Source: Deltaproteobacteria bacterium
Lineage (GTDB): Bacteria > Myxococcota_A > Polyangia > GCA-2747355
Direction of reading: 5' to 3'
DNA: 56,254 bases
NCBI GenBank assembly: GCA_019314525.1
Contig: JAFCZD010000002.1
Location: 1-56,254 of the forward strand
Part shown: piece after piece, positions 10,901-18,086 of the stretch
Numbering within the stretch: position 1 is the first letter of the stretch
How the letters are laid out: each line of letters begins with the position of its first letter
Translations under genes and position numbers: made by a program
Notes under the pieces: model-generated
Seen by the model: only the letters and a program-made list of their open reading frames with translations
Told to the model about the DNA's origin: nothing
The model's database searches: none

Positions 10901-10996
10901 ATTGATGCCCACGCCGGCCAGGCGGTGATCCACAAACCCAACGCTCCAACCCCAGGTGAGGTTGAGAGCTCAGTAATCATCCCCTCTCACGAGTAG
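7955..10996 (+). CDS. Two receiver-like domains fused to a PEP/pyruvate-binding (PPDK_N, ATP-grasp) domain; no phosphohistidine swivel or PEP-utiliser C-terminal domain recognised
   Basis: The N-terminus has two CheY-like segments (VLLVSSPYD...MVITMLHL and VIIVVEDS...VISDVRFP...PILLQSAE). The centre has GKGSIGGKGRGIAF and LAVRSSSLLEDS, typical of the PPDK_N nucleotide-binding domain. AGGAGAG lies 6 nt before ATG 7955. Confidence 0.75.
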   Translation: MTLKPRRGHQPWYLRFHDLMPHRVREVLLVSSPYDAFILEQDGQLTARVFQEYSNLDLSQAPRITHAISAEHALTLLNERHFDMVITMLHLAGMDVSAFARQVKVLDGRMPVVVFAFSEAELSFFATEIMTGDIDRVFVWTGDTRVLVAAIKLLEDQMNVDHDTRASGVRVIIVVEDSTSRYSSFLSLFYGELLQQAGSLIAEGLNDLHKRLRMRARPRVLLATNFEEAMAYYEKYQRYVFGVISDVRFPRDGQEVAEAGFDLVRIIRQNDPDLPILLQSAEQGLQAHAEELHVSYAEKTSLQLARQIRHFLQEGLGFGDFVFRLPDRTEVGRARDVYDMERQLPNVPVESIEFHANSNHFSVWLMARSMLRLAERLRPRRVDEFKDAEAMRQHLIAVLREARMQERQGAITDFTARKDETETPFVRLGKGSIGGKGRGIAFANSLIVRHGLDKQYPEMRVRIPRTVAIGTDEFDRFVVENDLEDLRKCSDDREIIARFLRGRLSEEVLRDLKMACLWEMKGPLAVRSSSLLEDSLLHSFAGIYATYMLPNNHPDPSVRLRELCRAVKAVYASTYCQEARAYAGLTFPVDEEKMGVVIQECVGAAHGERFYPNFAGVALSYNYYPFGPQQAEEGIVAVALGLGQMVVSGGNMLQFSPASPQILPQFPSPQHFLKYSQTEFFAVDLGRPTVDFFAGPDSSVGRFGLKMAEQDGTLSAVGSVYRPNDDTIQDTLREKGPRVVTFNNVLKWESIPLAAALGEILEVLEEGIGQPVEVEFAVDMGDWGRNPSERKKRRDPCLYILQVRPQATRSASNAVLPKEVPQEFVFSRTSMALGHGIIDDITDILYVKEGVVSEVGSREVAQQVGAVNEELRAAGRPYLLVGPGRWGSSDPFLGIPVHWRQISGARVIVETPFEGRCVEPSQGSHFFHNITTRSVGYLTLAKPPGGGGVEPSFDRAWVQEQPLIGETSALRHVRLKAPLTVYIDAHAGQAVIHKPNAPTPGEVESSVIIPSHE

Positions 10997-10998
10997 CG

Positions 10999-12471
10999 CT
11001 ATGGGCAGCAGGTGGCGCCGCGTAGGCTGAAGGTGCCCTCGTCGCAGCCGGTGGCTGGGACGAGCCCGCGTAGGGTCTGCCCCTCTTGTTGGCAGAGCTC
11101 CTGGCCCCACTGGAGCCAGAAGGGGAGCGCTTGGCACTCTTGAGCGGGCAGCGCAGAGCTGTCGGTTTGCTGGCAGATCTTGGTGTTGGGCTCGCAGCAG
11201 AAGCCAAGGGCAGCACGCCAGGTTAGCGTGGGTTGCATGCAGGGCTCTCGTGGCAAGAGGCCGGCCAGTGAGCGCTGCTCTCTCGCGCAAAGGAGGCTCG
11301 CGCTCTGCTGGAGTTCTTCGAAAGAGAGGCAGGCATCAGGGGCTAGGGCGTCAACTTCGACGCAGGGCTCTGGTGGGGGAGGCGGTGGTGGTTGGACGCT
11401 GGCCAAGGACTCCTGTCGGCAGCGTAGTGTTGGCATACCGCTGGCGGCCTGGAGCAGCTCACAAGATGCGAGCACGTCCAGGCCTACAAGGACTGCTCGA
11501 GAGCCGGAGAACCAGAGGTCACGCAGCTGCGATGGAGCGGGGAAGAGCCCCTCGATGGTGATCGCGGAGGGGACCTGCTGTGAGGAGAGCGTCGGGTCGA
11601 GTTGATAGAGTCCTGTCGCACTGAGGAGGTAGAGCATGGGGGGCTGGTTGGCCGTCGTGTTTAGGGCTAGTGCCTGCCAGTCTTGGTCAGGGAGGGGGAT
11701 TTCTTGCCATTGGTCTGGATTTTGCCACCAAACCAGCTGCTTCTGACCTAGCGCGAGCACGCTGCCATCGGCGAGCCCCACGACATCAACAAAAAGGTCG
11801 TCTCGTGGCCACGCCGTAGAGACCTTCTCAATATTTCCGATCCACAAGCCTGTCCCGGCTGCCACAACTCGGAGCCCATCGCTCCAGACAGCCCCTAGGG
11901 CGGCACCGATTCCATTGATAGAGGGCCAGGCGCTCACGCGCTCGCCTCGTATTTGCCAGCTTGAACTGACCAGCCCTGTTGGGCTGACGTCGCCCACCGT
12001 GACGAAGACCTCTCCAACGCTGGCGACATCATGGAGTGGTCCGCTCTCGCCGATGGAAAGTGGCATGAGCTGCTCTGTGCCAGAGAGCACGATGCCGACA
12101 CCACGATGTTCCCCCACGGCCACCACGCGTCCGTCCACTCCGAGGGCAACTCCCCGGAGGCTGGGGGTGACGTTCGGGTCCAAGGTCAGGGGCTGCCAGG
12201 TGCTGGTATCTCCTGTGGGTTTACACGCCACGACATTTTCGCCTGCAACACACACACGCGCCAGGCTGCCGGTCACCGCGTAGAGGGCAGGATTGCTGGG
12301 AAGGATTGAGCTGCTGTCAGATCTGTCGTTGGGGTTGCTATCGAGGCTGGGGTTCGCTTCGAGGGCTCCTCCATCCGGAGGGGGCAACACAGGCCGCAGC
12401 TGACTGTCAATGCAGCCCATGGGCAGGAGGCAGAGGAGTACGATGAGCGCGAAGAGGAGGGAGGGTCTCAC
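10999..12471 (-). CDS. Lipoprotein with beta-propeller-like repeats, a poly-Pro linker and a duplicated Cys-rich C-terminal module
   Basis: Lipobox LLPMGC. Recurrent hydrophobic-Gly strand motifs about every 45 aa (VVAVGE, VTVGD, VVAAGTG, VLALGQ). PPPPPPPEP linker. Two similar about 45-aa modules end in CCEP and CCP. GTG start. Lies 60 nt downstream of the cytochrome operon on the same strand. Confidence 0.6.
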   Translation of the reverse strand: MRPSLLFALIVLLCLLPMGCIDSQLRPVLPPPDGGALEANPSLDSNPNDRSDSSSILPSNPALYAVTGSLARVCVAGENVVACKPTGDTSTWQPLTLDPNVTPSLRGVALGVDGRVVAVGEHRGVGIVLSGTEQLMPLSIGESGPLHDVASVGEVFVTVGDVSPTGLVSSSWQIRGERVSAWPSINGIGAALGAVWSDGLRVVAAGTGLWIGNIEKVSTAWPRDDLFVDVVGLADGSVLALGQKQLVWWQNPDQWQEIPLPDQDWQALALNTTANQPPMLYLLSATGLYQLDPTLSSQQVPSAITIEGLFPAPSQLRDLWFSGSRAVLVGLDVLASCELLQAASGMPTLRCRQESLASVQPPPPPPPEPCVEVDALAPDACLSFEELQQSASLLCAREQRSLAGLLPREPCMQPTLTWRAALGFCCEPNTKICQQTDSSALPAQECQALPFWLQWGQELCQQEGQTLRGLVPATGCDEGTFSLRGATCCP

Positions 12472-12531
12472 AACCCTATTGTGTGCCGAGGAAGAGGCGG
12501 CGTCTAGGCGGCGATGCCTGAGGTGGTAGAG

Positions 12532-15500
12532 CTACTTCTCTTCTTCCTCCTCATAAAGCCCTTCTTCGTATTGGTCAGGCAGCTTTGGCTTCTCACCTGC
12601 GGGCATACTCGTGGGTTTCGCCGTCTTTGTTTTGTCCTTATCCTTGGCGTCAGCCTTGGTGTACGCGCCAGGCAGCGGGAGGTGACGCCCTCTGCCGCCC
12701 ACACGTGCTGGGTCACCCTTATAACCAAGGGCGGCGAAGTCGATCCACTTCTTCTCCGAGCGACCATGACATTGGCGACAAGGTCCCTTCTCGGTGGGGT
12801 GGAAGTCGGCCTTTGGCCCGTGGCAGCGCTTACAGGCTACTTCTTGTTCTTGGTGACAATCGGCACAGCGCAGCGCCTTCTTCGCGGGCACGACACCATG
12901 GTTCACTGCCCAATGCATGCGGGTGGACGTGAAGCCGACTTTGCCCGAGAAGGGGCGCTTGGCGGCTTTCATACCGTCGGTGATGGCGCGTTTCCAATCA
13001 AGGTGGCTCCAAAATCCCTCGAAGAGCTTGGGAATGGCAAACTCACGGCTCTCAGCGTCAATGGGCACTACGGCGCGATAGAGCTTGAAGGGCATAATTC
13101 GTGCTGTGGGATCCTCGAGGCTGCCCACAGGAGCGTTGAGGATGGTGTCACCCTCAGCGGTGGCCTTCTGGTTCACGAGGTGTCGTGTGATCTCACCGTT
13201 ATACCAGCGGTAGATCGGGCGCACGTTCTTACCCCACACAAACGTCCCCTTCTTCTTGGAGAAGGTAGGCATGCCAAACTCGTCCTTCTTCACGGGCAGA
13301 TCAGTGCCCGCCTTGGACCAGTCCCACGCCATCTTGGTGGGCGACTCACGCGCGAAAAGCGGTACGTGGCAGCTCTGACACGAGAGCGCGTCGAGGTGTT
13401 TGTCCAAGTGTACGCCCAGCAGCTTGCTCCGTTGGTGGGGGCGCTTGGAGTGGCAATCGGTGCAATGCACGCGCCCTTCGGCGGTGGGGATCGCGGTGGA
13501 TTGCCCGCTGATGCGATGGCGATGGGTCTTGTGGCAGTCCTGACAGAGCATCTTGGCGCGCCCCATGTGAACGTCGAAGTTGTCCTTGGGGTTGGCCAGG
13601 GCTGGCTCGAGGTCACCGTGTTTCACGTTGGCGGCCCCGCCACCATAGAAGTGGCAGCTGCCACAGGCTTTGCGCGTGGGGTGTCCAACATTGGCTGCGA
13701 CCTTGGCCAGGTCCACGGACGCCTCAGGGAAGCCGCCGTTCGCCGCGGCTTTGCGATAGGTGCCGGTGGTGTCATGACAGACGAGGCAGTCGATGTTCTT
13801 TGCGTCTTTGAAGTCGAAGGTGTCGTCTTTCCATCCGTAGCCTGCGTGACATTGTGAGCAGCGCTGTTCGTTGGATGTGATGTGGAGACAGAAGCCATTG
13901 CTGATGGTCGACTTGCCCAGATCGACCCTGTGGGCAGACCCGGCGGCGTCGGGGGAGGGGCCACGCCAGGTCCAATGGGCGGTGCGTAGCATGTCTTGGC
14001 CCTGTTGTTCATGACACTCCAGACATCGTGCCGTTACCGCGCGGGCGTCAGGCTTGCCCTCCAGCTTGACCAAGTCTTTGTGGTTGGGCACGCGACGTTT
14101 GTGGCAGGCCCCCGAGCAGGCCACGGGGGCGTTGGCGTCACGCGTACTACGGTGGCATTTGATGCACTGCTGATGGTAGGCGCCTTTGAGCCCAGGGCGC
14201 AGGGGATGGTCAGGTTCTGTGGGGCGTTGGTGGCAGGCCACACAAGATGAGGGTCGGAAGCTGGCGAGCTTGGAGCGATCGATAGCAACACCAACACGGT
14301 CCGTCTTTTGGCCTGGCTTCTGCGCCCGGTGGTGACATTGGGAGCAATCGCCACCCACGTGTAGGGAGTGTTCTCGGTGAGAGAATCGAACGGGGAGGAA
14401 GTCGTCAGTGCGCTCGTTCACCACCGGATGGGAGAGCGTCAACACTGAGGGCATTACCTCAGACGAAAAGGAGAGCGGCCCTTTCATTGGCGGCTTCGCG
14501 ATGGCCTTGGTCGACGCCTTGAAGCTCAGCGCCTTGAACGAGGTTTGCGTCTTTTCCACCGCGTCGCGATGCACATAGGAGTAGATGTCGATGAAGGCCA
14601 AGAGCACGAGCACGGCGACGGCGCGCATCACCCAGCCACCAAGGCGGGTACGCTGTTGCACTTGGATGTTGATTTCGCGCTCCACAGGATCGTCTTCGTC
14701 ACCGCCAGCGAGCACGGGGAAGTAGTGGGAGAAGAAGCGATAGAGGAAGATGATGGTGGCGATGAGGGCCGCGGTGACAGCGATTTCGCCAATGGCTGGA
14801 AAATATCCGCCCGTGCCATGAGCAGGGTGGTAGCCGGTGATAAAGACATTGATGCGGTTCATCACCAAGCCGACGATGATCATCGAGACAGTGATGAAGA
14901 GCCAACGTGGAGATTGGCGTACCGAGCGTTGCAGGAGCAGCACGAAGGGGATGATGACTCCAATGCCGATCTCGAAGAGGAAGGCGATGGTGTCTCGGGC
15001 GTTGAGGGTGAAGACCGAGAGGTCATTGCGATAGAAGAAGTCACCAAACTTCACGAGGGCGTAGAGGCCCAGTGTGTAGGGGATGAAGCGTGAGAGGGGG
15101 GTGAGGAGCTCCATCTCAGGGGGCTTTTTGTAGGCCTTAGAGGCGAAGATCGACTCGAAGATCACCATGGGAAAACCGATCATGATCGCCGAGAGCAAAA
15201 AGAGCAGCGGCATGATGGGTGTCCACCACAGCGGGCTGACTTTGGATGGCGCGATGAGCATCAGCGTGCCCAAAGAGGATTGGTGCATGAAGGAGAGCAT
15301 CACACCAGCGATGATGAAGATGGGCAGGATGCGGTGGACCCAGATCCGTAGCACACGCAGGACCTTTTGGAAGCGCATCAGGGGCCGCGTCCACCAATAG
15401 CCGTCGTCTATATGTTTCATCAGCCCGGCGAGGAGGGTCGGGGCAAACTCTACGGTGAGCACGGTGAGGTAGAACATCACGCACATGCCGACCTCGAAGA

Positions 15501-15894
15501 GCACGGAGTTGCCTTGCCAGTAGATCGCGGGATGCCAGATGTTGTAGTAGCGGCCGAGGTCGAAGAGCAGACCGGCGCCGACGAAGGAATAACCAAGCCA
15601 CGCGGTGAGCAGCGCAGGCCGTTCGAGGGCGTGGAAGCGCTTGGCACCAAAGATATTGATCAGCGCCGCGGTGGTGAACCCGCCGGCCGCGAGGGCGACG
15701 CCGCAGGCGACATCGATGCCAATCCATATACCCCAGGGGTATGCGTCGTTGAGGTTGGTGACAGCTCCGAGGCCGTTGATCATTCGTACCAGACCAAAGC
15801 CGTAGCCCACCACCATCACCGTGATCAGCAATAGTGTTCCAGTGGAGAGAAAGGGGACGCGCCCGTGTTGGGCAGCAGCGTCGTGGTTACTCAT
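12532..15894 (-). CDS. NrfD/HybB-type polytopic membrane (quinone-interacting) domain fused to a large periplasmic multihaem cytochrome c (c3-like tetrahaem, octahaem tetrathionate-reductase-family-like module, then 2 more haems)
   Basis: The N-terminal about 450 aa is highly hydrophobic and resembles NrfD/PsrC/HybB (YPWGIWIGIDVACGVALAAGGF..., SVLFEVGMCVMFYLTVLTVEF). The C-terminal about 650 aa has 13 CxxCH and 1 CxxxCH. The stretch HWTWRGP...NGFC...CSQCHAGYGWKD..FDF...DCLVCHD.TGTY...CGSCHFYGGGAANVKHGDLE...DVHMG..MLCQDCH resembles the OTR octahaem family. Start set to ATG 15894, which gives an ATGAGTAA overlap with the upstream stop. Confidence 0.8.
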   Translation of the reverse strand: MSNHDAAAQHGRVPFLSTGTLLLITVMVVGYGFGLVRMINGLGAVTNLNDAYPWGIWIGIDVACGVALAAGGFTTAALINIFGAKRFHALERPALLTAWLGYSFVGAGLLFDLGRYYNIWHPAIYWQGNSVLFEVGMCVMFYLTVLTVEFAPTLLAGLMKHIDDGYWWTRPLMRFQKVLRVLRIWVHRILPIFIIAGVMLSFMHQSSLGTLMLIAPSKVSPLWWTPIMPLLFLLSAIMIGFPMVIFESIFASKAYKKPPEMELLTPLSRFIPYTLGLYALVKFGDFFYRNDLSVFTLNARDTIAFLFEIGIGVIIPFVLLLQRSVRQSPRWLFITVSMIIVGLVMNRINVFITGYHPAHGTGGYFPAIGEIAVTAALIATIIFLYRFFSHYFPVLAGGDEDDPVEREINIQVQQRTRLGGWVMRAVAVLVLLAFIDIYSYVHRDAVEKTQTSFKALSFKASTKAIAKPPMKGPLSFSSEVMPSVLTLSHPVVNERTDDFLPVRFSHREHSLHVGGDCSQCHHRAQKPGQKTDRVGVAIDRSKLASFRPSSCVACHQRPTEPDHPLRPGLKGAYHQQCIKCHRSTRDANAPVACSGACHKRRVPNHKDLVKLEGKPDARAVTARCLECHEQQGQDMLRTAHWTWRGPSPDAAGSAHRVDLGKSTISNGFCLHITSNEQRCSQCHAGYGWKDDTFDFKDAKNIDCLVCHDTTGTYRKAAANGGFPEASVDLAKVAANVGHPTRKACGSCHFYGGGAANVKHGDLEPALANPKDNFDVHMGRAKMLCQDCHKTHRHRISGQSTAIPTAEGRVHCTDCHSKRPHQRSKLLGVHLDKHLDALSCQSCHVPLFARESPTKMAWDWSKAGTDLPVKKDEFGMPTFSKKKGTFVWGKNVRPIYRWYNGEITRHLVNQKATAEGDTILNAPVGSLEDPTARIMPFKLYRAVVPIDAESREFAIPKLFEGFWSHLDWKRAITDGMKAAKRPFSGKVGFTSTRMHWAVNHGVVPAKKALRCADCHQEQEVACKRCHGPKADFHPTEKGPCRQCHGRSEKKWIDFAALGYKGDPARVGGRGRHLPLPGAYTKADAKDKDKTKTAKPTSMPAGEKPKLPDQYEEGLYEEEEEK

Positions 15895-16852
15895 GGCTGC
15901 CTCCTTCCTCTTCTGCGTGTGGGTCAGCATCACTTGCATTCTTGTTCTTGCGGTTGGTGAACCACATGATGGCAGCTAAGCTGCCGTAGACGGCTACGGG
16001 CGCGGCGCCATAGCGGAAGATACCGTGTTGGATCGCCTCTGTTAAACGGGGGGGGGCTGTCTCCGGCAGCGGGAGGAGCCCAATTTCCTTGGGTGTTCGT
16101 CCCACGAGGTAGAGCCAGGAGGTGCCACCGACTTCTTTGGCACCATAGACCTCGGGATGGTAGCGGTCCGGCTGCTGGGCCACCCGTTTTCTGGCCAGAG
16201 CTAGGAGATCGGAGCGTGGGCCGAAGACGATGGCCTCCATGGGGCAGGCCGCGGCGCAGGCCGGGTCTGGGCCGTGCTCGCTACCGTCCGCACAATAGGT
16301 GCATTTGCGCACGCGTGGGGTGAGCGGATCGTCGTATTCGTAAGACGGGATCTCAAAGGGGCAAGCCACCATGCAGTAACGGCAGCCGATGCAGCGTTGG
16401 GCGTCGTAATCTACGGAGCCCGAAGCGTTCTTTGTGAGCGCTCCGACGATGCAAGCCGAAACACACGCAGGGTCCAGGCAGTGCATACACTGCAACTTGA
16501 CGAAGGTCTCATCGTGGTCTTGTTGCACCTGTGAGGGGGCGCCATGGTGGGCGTTGATCACCGTGAAAGCGTTGATGCTGGGACGTCGGGCGTCACGGAG
16601 CACCTCGCGATCACTAAAGGGCTTTTTGGGTTGGGCCAGCTTGTTGCGCTTGTTGCACGCCTCTTCACATTTGCGGCAGCCAACGCAGAGGGTGGTGTCT
16701 ACCAAACAGCCTACATGGGCGCTGGGCGCATCTTTGTCCTTGGCTGCCGTGGGTGCGGAGGCTGGCGCAGCGTTAGCCTTTGCTGCCCCCGCGGCAGCAC
16801 CCGCCGAGGTGAGCGCTAAGGCTGTCTTGAGGAAATCTCTCCGTGAACTCAT
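15887..16852 (-). CDS. Tat-exported 4Fe-4S ferredoxin-type subunit (HybA/NrfC/PsrB/HmcB-like) with C-terminal membrane anchor
   Basis: Twin-arginine signal MSSRRDFLKTALALTSAGAAAGAAKA. Several Cys clusters (CVGCRKCEEAC, CMHCLDPACVSAC, CIGCRYCMVACP, CTYCAD...CAAACP). C-terminal hydrophobic helix AAPVAVYGSLAAIMWF. Confidence 0.85.
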   Translation of the reverse strand: MSSRRDFLKTALALTSAGAAAGAAKANAAPASAPTAAKDKDAPSAHVGCLVDTTLCVGCRKCEEACNKRNKLAQPKKPFSDREVLRDARRPSINAFTVINAHHGAPSQVQQDHDETFVKLQCMHCLDPACVSACIVGALTKNASGSVDYDAQRCIGCRYCMVACPFEIPSYEYDDPLTPRVRKCTYCADGSEHGPDPACAAACPMEAIVFGPRSDLLALARKRVAQQPDRYHPEVYGAKEVGGTSWLYLVGRTPKEIGLLPLPETAPPRLTEAIQHGIFRYGAAPVAVYGSLAAIMWFTNRKNKNASDADPHAEEEGGSHE

Positions 16853-16970
16853 AGGGTACTTCTCCCATCGCCAGATCCACGTGGGACGGCTGGTAGTCTA
16901 CTAATGCGAGAGGAATAGTGGGCAATGGCGGTAAACGCCGCCCTGAAGGGGTGGAGGAGGGGAACGCCGC

Positions 16971-18086
16971 TTAGCGGCAGCCCATGCCGCCGACGTGACA
17001 ACTGAGGCACATCGGGTTCTTGCGGCACTCGTCGGCTTTGTTGCGCCATTTGAAGCCTGGTGTGTGTGGGTTTCCGCCCGACCCGCCTACCTGGTGGCAG
17101 CGCACGCAATTGGAGGCTGCGCCTTGATCGTGGCAGCTGGCGCAGCGAGATGAGTCCCGTCGCGCGAGCCGCCCGTGAAACCCAGGTTGCCCGGGTTGCA
17201 TCCATTGTCCGCCATGAACCTTGCGCAGGTTGGTGCCCAAGCGGGCTTTGCCCACAGGTGCGCTCACGCCCTGCATCTCGTGGCAAGTCGTGCAGTGTTT
17301 GGCGCCGTGGCATTTGCGGCAGGTATCAGGTCGCGCTCGCGCGTCGCGCGAGTGGCGGCCGAGGTAGTCTCCACGATGGATGTAACGTGCGTTGACGCGC
17401 TCGGGGTAACGAAGAGAGAGGGGCATCGCCGCCGTCTTAGCGTGGCAGTCGCCGCAGAACGTTTGGTCATGACATTGCGCGCAGCGCTGGGTGTTGCGCG
17501 CGAGGGGACCATGGCGCTTGAGGAAGTCCCCCTGGTGGCCAAGGCTGGCCACGGCCTGCAGCGTTTGTCCTCGCAGGTTGGTGTGGCATTTATCACAGGC
17601 TTGGGAGTTCAGGTCGCTCTTGTGGCAGCTGTCGGTGCACACCGCCATCTTGCCCAAGAGCTTGGTGCCGGCTTTCTTGGCGGTGTAGGCGGCTGCATGG
17701 CAATGTTTGCAACCGCCTTTGTCTTTGAGGTGCGGCTCGTGGCTTTTGTGCGAGAAGATCAGCTGGCGGTTAACCCGCGTAAGCTCGATGTTCTTGTCTG
17801 TGCCAACGTGGCACAGCTTGCACTCTTTTTTATCTGTGGTGGCGTCTTCATGGCAGTCGGCGCAGCCCCCGTGGTTCTTTTTGGGGATGAACTTGCCCAG
17901 GGTAGGGCCTGTGCTCTTGGCGATCTCACCATGACAATCACCACAGTCCCCTTGCTCCACGTGAAAGGCGTGCGAGAACTTGAGCACGCTAGAGAGCTGG
18001 AGGCTGTGTTTCACTTTGACAGTGGCGCAAGCGACGATCGCGACGCTGGCGGCGACCATAATCCAGTATCGGCGGCTGAGCTTCAC
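16971..18086 (-). CDS. Multihaem cytochrome c (12 CxxCH and 1 CxxxCH), c3/c7-type repeats, signal peptide or possible lipobox
   Basis: Motifs counted in the translation: CGDCH, CADCH, CKLCH, CKHCH, CTDSCH, CDKCH, CAQCH, CGDCH, CRKCH, CTTCH, CASCH, CVRCH, CLSCH. N-terminus MKLSRRYWIMVAASVAIVAC. The GTG start overlaps the upstream stop (GTGA). Confidence 0.85.
   Translation of the reverse strand: MKLSRRYWIMVAASVAIVACATVKVKHSLQLSSVLKFSHAFHVEQGDCGDCHGEIAKSTGPTLGKFIPKKNHGGCADCHEDATTDKKECKLCHVGTDKNIELTRVNRQLIFSHKSHEPHLKDKGGCKHCHAAAYTAKKAGTKLLGKMAVCTDSCHKSDLNSQACDKCHTNLRGQTLQAVASLGHQGDFLKRHGPLARNTQRCAQCHDQTFCGDCHAKTAAMPLSLRYPERVNARYIHRGDYLGRHSRDARARPDTCRKCHGAKHCTTCHEMQGVSAPVGKARLGTNLRKVHGGQWMQPGQPGFHGRLARRDSSRCASCHDQGAASNCVRCHQVGGSGGNPHTPGFKWRNKADECRKNPMCLSCHVGGMGCR

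Noticed and set aside
12514-13857. 447-aa plus-strand ORF, and similar long ORFs at 3191-4195 (minus), 17175-18107 (plus), 32165-33358 (plus), 34055-34912 (plus), 53113-54204 (plus) and 54256-54945 (plus)
   Set aside because: All lie antisense to, and fully inside, genes with clear family signatures (multihaem cytochromes, pepD, NHL proteins, folC, fadN). Their Arg/Gly/Ala/His-rich low-complexity translations are typical shadow ORFs in GC-rich DNA.
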